A DNA stretch of 62,965 bases, filler included, from Reticulomyxa filosa (lineage: Eukaryota; Protista; Foraminifera), in the NCBI GenBank assembly GCA_000512085.1. It is 14 parts of 14 records of this genome, joined end to end, with 100 filler letters (N's around TTAATTAATTAA, not from the genome) between each part and the next. Parts side by side here need not be neighbours in the genome. Positions count along the whole stretch, not along the records: positions 1 to 5,960 come from ASPP01009725.1; positions 6,061 to 14,388 come from ASPP01026655.1; 12 more parts are not named here. One strand, written 5' to 3'. The notes beneath the pieces were generated by a model. It was not told where the DNA came from. It saw only the letters and a list, made by a program, of their open reading frames with translations, and searched no databases. Each line of letters opens with the position of its first letter. Positions within the stretch are counted from its first letter, which is position 1. This document shows positions 1 to 12,359 of this stretch, in pieces. A program made the position numbers and the translations under genes.

Positions 1-38
<38 letters not shown>

Positions 39-786
39 AAAAGCAAACCTAGATTGCTATCGTGAGGAATAGCGCCTTGGATGACAATTTGGTGATTGGC
101 ATAATCGTTGGTCATATCTCTTTGACCATTTGCTTGATTTTGTGCTTGTCCCTCCCAAGGATTGAAATTGACTTGGACGTCCATGATGGTGGCCGTTTGT
201 TGGGGATTGACAGTTTGCGAGAACAAGTAACGATAAGCGACAATGTAAGACCAGGGAATATGAGTAATATTGGTCAGCCAATGGGAATAAGAATCATTGG
301 ATATCAATTGGTACGACATTTGTGCGGAAAGGCAAATAATGGATTGTTCATCCTCCTCATTGCCACGATTGCTATCGTCATCCAACGATGACAATGACAA
401 AGCAAACAATTTTCGGAGATTAGGAGAGTTTGGAACAAACGCAATGCTAAGCAAATCGGTCGCATTGTAATTGAATTGTTGAATCAGCTGTTCTGCCAAA
501 CCACAAATGTCGCGAAAATCACATCATTCCAAATCGTTCCATTTTCCTTTGACCCGTCTGTTGTGTTCAAAGGGCCTCAATATGTAATAAGGACAAAACA
601 TCGACGACGGGAAGTTCTTTTCCAATTCGTTGTACGCCGTTGTCGCTTCCGTATTTTGTGGAAAATTGTACGTGAAGTCGATCGTTTGTTGAAACTAGTG
701 TAAATCCAACGTTGCATACATATAATGTTATTTATTTATTTATTTGTTTTGTGTTTATAATAATAATAATAATAATAATAAATATA

Positions 787-820
<34 letters not shown>

Positions 821-3237
821 GTGATTGTAATTGCAATTGTTGTTTGAACAGTAGATAATTAACATGGGCCAATTGTAAAATAATCGGCGTCATTAGACTG
901 TAGACGCACAATGGGATAATAAATTTCCACGGTGATTTGGTTGTAAATTTTGTCAGATGAAAATAACAGTTGTATTGCACTGGCTCGATACCTTCATCTT
1001 TCTCATTCTTTAGATCCACTTAGGAGATGGACCCAACCAATTAAAAAAAAACTTTTTTTTGTGTGTGTTGTGGAAAAAAAAAAAGGGGGGGGGGGAGGGA
1101 GGGGGGGATGAGAATATGAGAACTGACCATACTGTGAAGTGTCCTGTACGGTGAGATCGGAGATGATTTTGACCCCACTTTGGTTGCGTGTACTCAAGGA
1201 CAGATATTGTGGATCCTTGGTCGATTCCGGCGAAAAGTTCCCACTGAAAGCACTGTCGGCGTGATCGTTATCTTCACTCATGCTATCGTCCTTCTCAATT
1301 TCTTTGCCGTATACGTCTTCACTTTTGACAAGGAAAGAAGTGGACCCGTGCTTGTTGTCGTTGACCACTCCGTCGTGTCCCAGCAACTGTTCATTTTGTG
1401 TGCTATTGCCTTGAGTCAATCGCGTGTAATCGAAAAGCAGCAAACAACACTTGGCTTTGCACGGGATTTGTTGACAGCAATATAATTTATAGTGCAATGC
1501 TGTTTCTTGTGCTCTGTTCAAACGTCGAGCTTCCTCCTCCTGCTCTTCTGCCTCTTCCGCATTCGTCTCTGTTTTCCCCACAACTAATTCCTCCTCCTTT
1601 TCTCTTCGAAACAGGCCAGCGTCACTCCCTTTCTGACGAGGTCGATGGTGACATCGACAGCCATAGTACAAACATTGGACGATAAAAAAAGGAATGATTT
1701 CTAAATTCCCGTAAAACACCGGAAATTGCAAAATGCAAGACGCCGTCAATGATATGTTGATGACAATGCAACATGCAATGGCGATCACTGCCCCATAGCC
1801 GGAGGTGTTCATGCCCGCCACGGGGAAGAACACTAAGCCAAAGTAGGACACCATTAAGACAACCCCAGATAACAGCACCACGTGTCCACTGTATGCCAGC
1901 ATTTGCTTTACTGCTTTCTCTACTGTCCGACCCTCTTTTTTTCCCCAAAAAAAATAAATATATATATATATATGTATATGTACATATATGTACATATATA
2001 TATATATATGAGTGACTCTATAATAAACTTCGGATTTCGGCAGCAAATCTCGACAACAAAAACATGGAATAGTCAACAGACAAGGCCATGGCAAGGAACA
2101 TCATAATCGAAGGGGCAAAGGGGTTGATTTGGAGCCAGTACTTTGCAAATGGCAAATAAAAAGCAAACGAAATGACAATAGCAAAGCCCAAAGCCATTCC
2201 CGGTAAAAAGATTAACTTCCAGCTTCCAATCTTTGTACAAAATACATATTTTTAATATAATTGTATCAAAGTTCTATTTTATATCTATATACATTGTATA
2301 ATATATAAAAAATGCAAATAACAAAAAAAAAAAAAATCAACTCCCTCGATTAGGAGAATACCATAAAGATCATGAACGCAAAAATAAATGGCAGGACATA
2401 AAGATCTCTGCTGGTAATATCAGCTTTGATCGTTTCCATGGATTCCTTGAAAATGGTCAATCCTCCTGTTGTGACCACGTCATAACCGTAACTAGAGTAA
2501 TAATGTGTCATATTGTTTGCAATGGAGTTGATATTGTCTACAATGCCATTGAGTGTTTCTTGGCTCACCCCATCCACATCCAATGTCACCAACGTTATCA
2601 TCAACGTCTTCTCTGCGTTCACAAACTTGGATATCGCTTCATTGTAAAATGCACGTAGCGAATTGGACTCGTTCACCATGTACAGAGCTTCAAAAGAGAG
2701 CAGCTTTCCGGGGTACTTTTCTTCCATGCTTTTTGTTAATGAGTCGTTTATCGCTTTGCATATTTTTGTCGAAATGGGATTCAATATATTTTCGTATTCT
2801 TTTTCATTCTTTGCGTGCTCATTTTTTGAGGCCGTGTATTCCAACATTACTGTTTCCACATCCTTTTTTAAAAGTCCAATACCACACACATTACAAACAG
2901 TTGTAATCCATATTGGGAGGGAGGGGGGGACTTCGATTGTGGTTCAATGCGTTCGAATTTTCTTTCTTTTTTTTAAAAAAAAGAAAAATAAATAAATTAA
3001 AAAAAACAAAACTTGAAAAAGAAGTCTTGGAAAATATTCCTCCACCCTGTTGTACGCTTCGTGAGATTGCGTATTGTCTGGTGGCAGATATTGGAACACG
3101 GTGTAATTGGTCAGGTCGAGTGCGAAAAACGCACTAAACCCTCCGGCAAGACACCAAAGCAATATTATGTATAATTTGAAGCGATTGATAAAGTTAAATG
3201 CCTTTTCAACCACCATATTTTTCGGTTCATCGACCAT
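1..3237 (-). CDS. MMPL/RND-superfamily multi-pass membrane transporter, multi-exon, 3' end truncated
   Basis: Exons encode an N-terminal TM plus 'LPPDNTQSHEAYNRVEEYFP' (about 3020-3237) and 'VVTTGG...ADITSRDLYVLPFIFAFMIFM' (about 2365-2890). The MMPL signature 'MALSVDYSMFLLSRFAAEIR' lies at about 2030-2090 in an alternative frame. 'AVKQMLAYSGHVVLLSGVVL' follows, then a second-half repeat 'FTYNFPQNTEATTAYNELEKNFP' (about 610-695). GT-AG AT-rich introns and several 1-nt frameshifts are present. Confidence 0.8.
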
Positions 3238-3843
3238 CTTTCGTTAGATGAGGAGAAGATGGACCTCAGTTCTGCTCAAAAGGCAAAGGAAGGGGATTTT
3301 GTTGTTTGTTTTACCGTGTAAAACACTCTTTCAAACACAAACGTCACAAGTAATGGACGAATTAGTGGATACAAATTATCGAGATTTTACGGGTGTAATT
3401 TTAGACTTTAACCCATCACTTTCTGTATTGTTTCAAATTTTAAAAAATAACTCACTGGTACAACCAAAAGTCAATAATTAGAATGCTATTTTGCAAATGA
3501 CCAAGCAGAGAAAAACTTAATCTACAACAACCTTATGTTAAAATAAACTTTTTAAAAATGGACACAAATCCAAAAAATTTGCTCAAAAGTCAAAAAGTTG
3601 ATCAAAGAGAACTAAAAATTGCACAATGTATTAAGGGATATATTTTTGTTTATTTTATAAAAAAGGGTAATATAAAGAGGTTTTGGCATGACTATATACA
3701 AAAATAATGGATATATCATTGATCTTTCCTTTTTTCCATTTCTTTCAAAAAATGTAAAGCAAATCACGGTTATTTGTCAAGCCAGTTGGGCACGCCTGTA
3801 TATATGAAAAAGTTCTGTTCTAATTTATTATTTGTCATCAGAG

Positions 3844-5840
3844 ATGGCGAGCAATGAGAACAATGAAATAGAGGATGTTGAGTCATTGGTAGGTTTACTT
3901 ACAATGAAACACACATTAATTCAACTCACAAATCCCACTATTGTTCGGCTACTTCGCCGGACCATTTCATTATCCTTCAAAGAAAAAAACTCTCTACAGC
4001 TGCAACAAATGACACAAAAATGTGGCAGCATTGGAGAGTGTTTAAACCTTTTTTTTTTTTTTTTTTTTCCTCTCTTTTTTTGAAATTTCTTTCCCCTCTC
4101 TTTTTTTGAAATTTCTTTCCCCCCCCCTTGCCTCTTTCTCTCCAAAAGAAATGTAGAGAGACAAACATTGAGGAAAAAAGGTCCTTTTTTCAACAGCACT
4201 TAACGTGGATGACCTCATTGTAGTGTCATGAGCACCCTATTGTTCACTTTGTAACAAGGAAGCCAACTATGGATGGGTTGGTATCACATTACGTATACTT
4301 GTTCACAATTCAAAAATGAAATTTTTTTTTGAGCTGATTGTGATTATCCAAAAGTGGAGAAAAGCGACGAAGGATGAAAAGGAGGAGAAGAGGAGAGAGA
4401 TTGGTAAGAGGAAAAAAAAAAAAAAAAAAAAAAAAAAATTGTGTTTGTCTGTTCGCAGCAATCTCCGGAAGCCAAAGAATCAAGTGAGAACACGAATAAG
4501 TTCAATGAACGACGAGAAAGTTTGCAAAAGCTTTTGGATACGCGACCAGGACAACAAGATGTACGGAAATTGATGGAGAATACAGGTGTAGCGCCGATAT
4601 TGCAGCCAACGATGCACATATTGAATCGAAGACTGAGTCTGCGTTCGTCGCGCCGAGATCTGCAAGCAAAGGGAATTTTGCAACACACAAACGAGCCGTC
4701 CACAGTCACAACAGACGACGAAAACTTTGCATTTCCAGACGAAGCAGTAGACAGTGACCACATTTCGAAAAGACATCATGAGCCAGCGCCATCGTATATT
4801 CTCACAGACGATCTGGCGCACCATGAAAATGTTGCTGCTGTCGTCGGTGCAACATCAACAACGTCGACCACACCTGCCACGGCTGTGTCTAGCGTCACAA
4901 CCGCCACTGCACCTATCTCCACATTTGCGTCTACGTCTATATCCGCATTCAATGATGGTTTGAAACGAGACAAACTATCCAATATCGTTGTCAATGATGA
5001 CAACAACAGAACCAATCTCGACCCCAAAAAAAGCTCCCCTTTGGTGTGGCAAGATGTGAACGCCAAAAAAAAAGATGCTAAACCTGCTGGCGTCTCCAAA
5101 GACAAAACTCAATCTCAATCTCAATCTCAATCCACTCGGCCCAATGGCGGCTATGCGATCGGTGATCGAGTGGAATTAACCAGCAATCAAAAAGGTTCTC
5201 TTTTATATTTTTTTTATTTTTTATTTTTTTTGTTATTCGTTTGGAAAATGGATAGCTGCTGTGTCTTTGTCAATGCAATTCTGGAACGTACACACAAATG
5301 CAATGCGATACATATATACACATATATATATATATATATATATAATGAAGGGCTGATAAAGTACATTGGTAAAGTGCATTTCGCAGAACATAGAAGATAT
5401 GGGATTGAACTAGACGATTATAGTGTGAAAGGCCACGATGGAAGTATGGGACGGCATAAATACTTTGATGCAAAACATGGACATGGAATATTCGTCACAA
5501 AAGAGGCCATTGTAAGACGCTTGGAAGATACCAATAGTCACATGGATAATATAGCTTTTCAACTTGGGGATTGCGTTCTCCTCAAAGACAAAAAAACAGG
5601 TTTTGTTTTGTTTTGTTTTCTCCCTGCTCCTCCTCTCCTTATAAAGAAATGCTATTTGACAAAGGAACAAAATTGGCTATGTCTTTGTAATGTGAGCATG
5701 CAGACACATACACACATACATGCACACAGGCACTGTGCGGTATCTTGGGCAAGTCAATATGGCCGACACAATACTGGTCGGATTGGAACTACGAGACCCC
5801 ATAGAAAATGGGAGTGATGGAAGATTTGGAGGCAAAAGGT
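3844..5840 (+). CDS. RPEL-repeat plus tandem CAP-Gly domain protein, multi-exon, 3' end truncated
   Basis: RPEL-like motifs: 'SLQKLLDTRPGQQDV' and 'ILNRRLSLRSSRRDLQAKGIL'. CAP-Gly 1: 'IGDRVEL...GLIKYIGKVHF...YGIELDD...GHDGS...YFDAKHGHGIFV'. CAP-Gly 2: 'LGDCVLL...GTVRYLGQV...VGLELRDP...GSDG'. Introns at about 5195-5350 and 5600-5729. The 5' exons (3844 onward) are uncertain. Confidence 0.8.
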
Positions 5841-5924
5841 ATGTCCTTAATTCCGACCCTCTTTTTCCCATTTGCCCATCTTTTTATTTAACTATTTTTT
5901 CTCCCTCTCTTCTTACAACAAAAC

Positions 5925-5960
<36 letters not shown>

Positions 5961-6060
5961 NNNNNNNNNNNNNNNNNNNNNNNNNNNNNNNNNNNNNNNN
6001 NNNNTTAATTAATTAANNNNNNNNNNNNNNNNNNNNNNNNNNNNNNNNNNNNNNNNNNNN
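5961..6060. other. Artificial contig spacer N44-TTAATTAATTAA-N44 (first of 13)
   Basis: The same 100-bp unit, with stops in all six frames, recurs at 14389-14488, 17705-17804, 27314-27413, 37460-37559, 41161-41260, 43104-43203, 46956-47055, 48776-48875, 52508-52607, 58059-58158, 59509-59608 and 61432-61531. Most contigs end in homopolymers or microsatellites. Confidence 0.98.
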
Positions 6061-9000
6061 AACAACAACAATAACAACAACAATAACAACAACAATGAAA
6101 TCGACGTGCAAAGATCTCTGTCTGTGTTTGGCGAAAGTCTCAAACGAGTCGAACATGAACGATACAAAGCTACCAAAGAATTATTAGTGCAAGGGATTGC
6201 AAATGGATACTTGTGCGACTTTCACGACTCGCATGTGCTGGACAAGCTGAAGGACAGTGTTGACTCGAATGACAAGCCGCGGAGTGACTCTGAACTTCCT
6301 TTATGGAGTGTCAAGACCTGGCTGGACGCACGTCTCCACGTGAGCCATAGCTTCCATTGTCCAGGAGGCATTTCCTTGCAGGACTTTATCGACAAGTTTT
6401 GTGTATCTGCCGCTGCCGTGATCGGTCCTGGCAATTGGGATGTCCCAATGCCAATCCGACACATTGTGTCCAATCGCTACTCGTCGCTGTTGTCGGTGTC
6501 GTCGATTCACGACCGATCCTTGGAGTCGCTTGCGCATATGCAATCCAGTCTGTCCACCGTCTCGTATGTTAAAGGTTATCAATCGACTGCAATGAAAGGA
6601 AGAGAAGATGATAATGAAGAGGATACCAACAATGAAAGAGAACAAAAAAGAGATAGCAAATACAAAGAAAAAGATAAAGAAAAAGATAAAGATAAAGATA
6701 AAGAAAAAAAAGAAATAGTAATGAAACATAATGATGTGATGCTATCGAAAATGGCACAATTGCTGACACATTGTCACAACCATCCCGAGTGGTGGCGAAA
6801 GACCGACGACGTAATAGACGCAAAAGATTGGAGTGGAATCCCAGAGTCAAGTTTGCAAAGCTTATGGCAAAGGTACTTCAACACGGCATTGCCCATATCT
6901 GTGCACGACTGCATGAAGAGAGTGGTGGAGGAGTGGTACCCTTTTGTGCAAGTGCATTTGCATTACAACTCAGACGCGTCCAAAGTCAAGGCCAATCTCA
7001 ATCTTGGCGACAGTCGAAATGAAAAGGACATTATTCCCATCGAAGATGCGTCTTGGCATACATGCACGAGATTACTTTCGTACCGTTCGCATGACGTCAT
7101 AGCGAGCATTGGCGTGCACCTGCGTGATATGAAAGAGATTGCAAAGAAGATTATCGAGTTGGTGTGCGTGCACTACCCCAATGGACTGCACTTGTCGCAG
7201 ATCCAGCGCAAGTTGATCGAACATATGAATGTGTGGATCGACACGTCGCACATTGAGCTGCAAGACTGCAATTTGTATAACGTCGTTTTCAATTACTGCA
7301 AACGCGACTTGTCCGTCACGTGGACGACTCCCGAGTACGACCCCATCGTTCATAAGCGTCGCCACTTTGCAGAGCTGAAGCATCTGCTATTCCGCGAACT
7401 CGATGCGCGAGATCGTCGCGATGGACAAGGTGTGCCATTGACATTGGTTGTATCTTTAATCCGCAATGCGATGCCAGGCTTTTTGGATAGCGCAAGACGA
7501 AGAGTGCAAGAAAACAATGAAATTGATAAACATAAGGATGATCTTATCAATTCATTGTCGATCCATGACAAAGCAACACTGGCTATTGTCGGTACGATGG
7601 CACACGTTGATATCGATACCAAAGATCCTGTCCACATCAAGCTATTTGTTTCTCCGCAATTGCGTGAGCTTTACGAGTGTGTATCCCAATTGGTCGAAGA
7701 CACTCTTGCCAATACAAAAAAAACGATCAAGATGCATGACTCTGTGCGAGAGCCGTTGCTGTTTGATATCGTCAATGTGCTGAAGCGCAAGTATCCACAA
7801 CTTCAACCTACACGCTACGGCTTCAACTCGTTCAGGTCTCTTCTTGCCAACACTCCTGGATACTCGTGCTACGCACCCTTCCCACTCATGCCCGAGCTGC
7901 TGCTGCCGCAGCCCTACGTGCGCTGCTGTCAACTCATCGAACAGACGCTGCGTGCTGCCCCACTTCATACTATGCGCGAAACGGAACTGCGTGCCGTCAT
8001 GGCCTCCAAACTGGCTGTCGATTGGACGCCGCTCACCGCGTCAGCCGAAAAGTACCTACGTCATCTCCACTACAGCTTCTCTCATATCGTGCAATGCCAA
8101 TGGCTGCAACAAGATCAAATGTGGAGTTATACTTTGAGACCAACTCTTACCTTTTCATCTTCGTCATCATCATCATCATCTTCGTCATCATCATCATTAT
8201 CATCATCATCATCATCATCATCACCATCACCATCATCATCTTCTTCTTCTTCTTTTTTTTCGAATGTTCCTGACATGACCAAAATACGCGCAGTGTTTGG
8301 CGACGTATACGAATCAATGCAACAGCTGCGCATGAACACGCGACTGAATCGTGCCAACCAACTGACGTACCGAGAATTTGTGGATCGATGGAAGTCCAGA
8401 TTTGGAGTCGACGCACGTGTTCCAAACGAACTCTTGGCTGTCACTCCTTTGCTCAAGCGCTTCGGCTCTAGCGACAAGATGAGCGATATGGTGTTGGAGT
8501 GGACTCAGTCCTCCAAACTCATTCACTCGTTTTTCTATTCTCTCAGTGAACAGCTGCACTCGATCCCCATCCACGTGCATCCTCGTCGTCGCACATGCAT
8601 TTGAACCAGTTCCAAGACGAATTTGAACGCACCTTTGGCATGCCTTGCATTGTGGTCGACATGCGCGCGTTTTTGGAACAGCACGGATGCACGTTCCATG
8701 GCCATGGTCCTCACGAGTGTCTGTTTGCTACGCCACTGCTGCTAGACGTAGATATCCCTCTCCACACTCACGTGTCGACGACTACTGATGCTGTTGCTGC
8801 TGATCACTTTGTGCACGAGCTCGAGTCCAAGTTGCAAGACAAGACATTGGTTGTGAAGGCCTTCCGGAACATACATCAACTGTCCTTGCGAATCTTTACA
8901 AGAGAGAAACGAGAGACCGTCGATACCATCCGAGCCACTCTCGTACAAATGGCAGAGCAACATTTCCAAACAAAGCCCAATGATGGCAATGTCTCACAAA

Positions 9001-12000
9001 ACCAATATTTTTTGCAACAGCTGCCATGGGTACTCGAAAACATGGACGGCAATGGATGCTCCGCTAGCCATTTCCAAAAGCTGTACTATTCATTGACCAA
9101 CGGCATGTATGTGCTGCCGACTCAGTGCTTCGAGGTGGGGAAATACGGATTTGCATGGCATATGAACGCGCTCGGCCGCTTGCATTTGCGCAAGATGCAT
9201 ACATGGAAGGATCAGCTGCTCGTCTTGCTCCGACAGTCGTCTCACAAGACGACGTTTGAAGAGATCCAACGTCGTTGGGCTTTGACCGCACACGAACTTG
9301 TGTTTCCTTTTGCAACACATACAGACGATACACATTTCTGTGCGAATATTTTGTCTCACGTGACCTTGTCCAAAGCCATCCAAGTGCAGTATCACGAAGG
9401 AACACGCTATTACGCATATACAGGAAGTGAGCGAGATGACAATGACAATAACAACGGTGATCGATATCCAACTCACTTGAGTCGTTCGAATAAAGACTAC
9501 AAAGGATTGGAAGAACGACTCGAAATATTCATTCAAAATTACCCTTCTGGTGCATTTCTATCTTCGTTGCAATATCATCTGCTTCAGCACGATCAACAGT
9601 TGTTCCGTTTGTTGGCGTTGAATTATATCAAAATAAACAAACAAAAGCCTAATCACATGTTGCTTATGTGGGATTGGTTACAACAGCGTATTAACCCCTT
9701 TATGCGACTCTCTCCATCTTCTTCTTCTTCTTCTTCTTCTTCTTCTTCTTCAATTGAAAAGAGCTTCTCTCCAGATATGTTTCTCACTTGGAAAAATATT
9801 CCATCATTAATCGCCGTCACTGCGATAACAAAGAGGTTCGCCAAACATCCCAACGCAATGATGTATCGAGATGCCATCGTGAACGAGCTGCTGATTCGAC
9901 AGCTCCATGACTTTAACGACAAGAATGCCCATCTGCTGAGTTCGCTGTATTGCTACCACTCCGATATGTTCGCGTGTCTGCATCTCGACTGCTTTTCGCA
10001 ATGGCTGCACATATATCTGCGTCCGTTGGATACGTCAAAGTCTTTGTCAGATTATTGGAAGTCTTGCGTATACGTGCAATTGAAAAGTTCTGCACCATTG
10101 CCATTGCCGTTGGATGTCCCTTCCATTAGTCCGCTGCCGGTGGGTCAGTCCATTGGATATGTGTTGCAACAATGCAAACAGGACGCTATTGGTTGGTCGG
10201 CCAATCCAAAATTGAAACAAGTCAATTTAACCCTTTGTTCATCCTCCCGTCCATGCTAGACCAACACTTTGACAGTCTGTTTTCCCGACACATTTGCAAA
10301 TCGTCCAGCATTGCATTGGAGACGCTCGTTCAGCAGTGCTATTCATTTCAGATCGTCCGTCCCAACTGTTACCATGGCATTCCCTTTGTTCGAATACCAC
10401 CGACGTCGTCGACTGCCATAGATGTCCCCGTCCATGTGTCGTCATTGAAGACTGCCATTCAGACATGCTATCCGCGCAAACTGTCGCAATCCGAGTGGGT
10501 CGAGATGCATCGAAAGTGGAGGACTCTCCTTCGTGGCAGCCTTTGACAGAGAAGGACATTGCAAATGTGGTGTCCCACGTACTGAATTACTGTACCACTG
10601 ATATTGCCATTACCGAAGAGATGGACACAAGTGGACAGCTGGAGAGACACTTTTGGTATTGGCCAATTCCAGAGCAGACTCTGTCTCTGACGAGCAATAC
10701 TTTGGAGTCACGTCCCTCAACACGACGGAGCCACTCCTTGATGCAAAGCAACAGATCCTTTTCTCCAGTCGTGTTGAATGATGCAAAAATGCTACTGAAG
10801 CAGGTCGTGTCTTCAAACAAACACACAGACAAAACCTATATTCGATTATCGCAGTTCTGCGTACGCTTTCGCGAGACGTTTGGATATTGCATGTCTTGGA
10901 CACCTTTGTCCACGCAATTGTCGTGTCCCACGGTGCAGTTGGTCGATGGCGATTACTATTGTTCCGACACGTATACCCATTTGTTTGGAGGGCTGGTGGA
11001 GGCTCTATTGCTGCGTCGCGGTAGACACGGAGTGCTGACTGTCGCGCAACTCATTGACGAATGGAATTTGCAGTATGCACATCTCCCACCTGTAACGTCT
11101 TGGACTTCTTTTTTGCTTTCGTTGTGTAACGAACACAGCGAGACTTTTGCCGTTCGCAATGGAACAAATGGAGTATGGGATGAAAGAGATACCGAAATAC
11201 GTTTACATGCGTTCTCGCCATCTGCCGATACGTTGGCTTGTCGTGTGTTAGCCTATGTGCAAGTCGAGTCCATGTCTCTGTCCTCTTTGCTGTCGTCTTT
11301 GCGTGTGTCACTTCCCAATGCACACAACGACGACAACAACGACGACGACGACGACGACGTGTTGGGTCAAATATTGATGTTGCCATTTTTGCAATTCGTA
11401 CCGTCATTGTCATCATTGTCGTCGCGAGAGCATGTTCAAGACATGCTTGTGCAAATAGCTTTGCCGTTTCGGACGCTCGACGACACAGATCTATTGAACC
11501 GGTTGGTGTTGCACATGCTGTATACGTTGGGCTATGGAGCCAACACCACGCGTTTGCCGTTGTCCCAATTCCAAAATATGTTTTTGCAGACCTATGGAAT
11601 TTGCTTCCCCTCTCGTCGCAACTTGCTCCAAAGTTTGGAGCGTTTGCCAGGCATTATGGTGGTAGCAGTGACCAAACATAGCAATGATGATCCTTCCCCG
11701 TCCATAGAGCCGTCCATTGCGCCACGGAAGCAGTTGTCCTCGGATCAATACATCCAAGACATTACTACCAAATTGAACGATGTGTTGCAGAAGCGCGTGT
11801 ATTGCAATTTGAGTGCCCTGCGAAAACATTACCAAGATATGTGGAATGAACCATTACTCGTGTCCTTTGCCTTGCTCAAAACAATGTTGGAGTCGCTCCA
11901 CTACACTTTGGAGCCACGTGTGAACGACATAGTGATCGCCACGACACATTGGAATCCATTTCAATCGCATACGTTGAGTCAGTGGGTGCGACAAATGATC

Positions 12001-12311
12001 ACACTGTTGCGATCCAAAGGGACGATATCGGAAAGAGACCTTCCGTCCATTTGCGTTGAGTCGCAATCATACCAAACCTCGCCTGTTTTCCCATTTGACG
12101 AGCCTTGTCACGCCACCCGCTATCTCCTCACCCATTCCCCGCATCACATTGCAGTGCATCGCAGCGCCGACGGCAAGGGTGAAACATACACCTTTTCGCT
12201 GCGCAAGCTGCCTCCAGTGAAAAAAGATTTGGGGAATACAGATGGATCGACCTTGGATCAATATCAAAGTTTGGAAGAAATGCTTGGAAAGTGGATCAAA
12301 GAGAAGCAAAA

Positions 12312-12359
<48 letters not shown>

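Noticed and set aside
524-577. In-frame TGA in the MMPL exon as stop-codon reassignment or selenocysteine
   Set aside because: A compensating +1/-1 indel pair explains it better (alternative frame GPLNTTDGSKENGTIWND). TGA ends PARG and the SET gene normally, and Trp is encoded by TGG.
8575-8609. 35-nt GT...AG micro-intron that would fix the first frameshift
   Set aside because: It is GC-rich, unlike the other introns here, and would delete 'LNQ' from a well-formed repeat motif.
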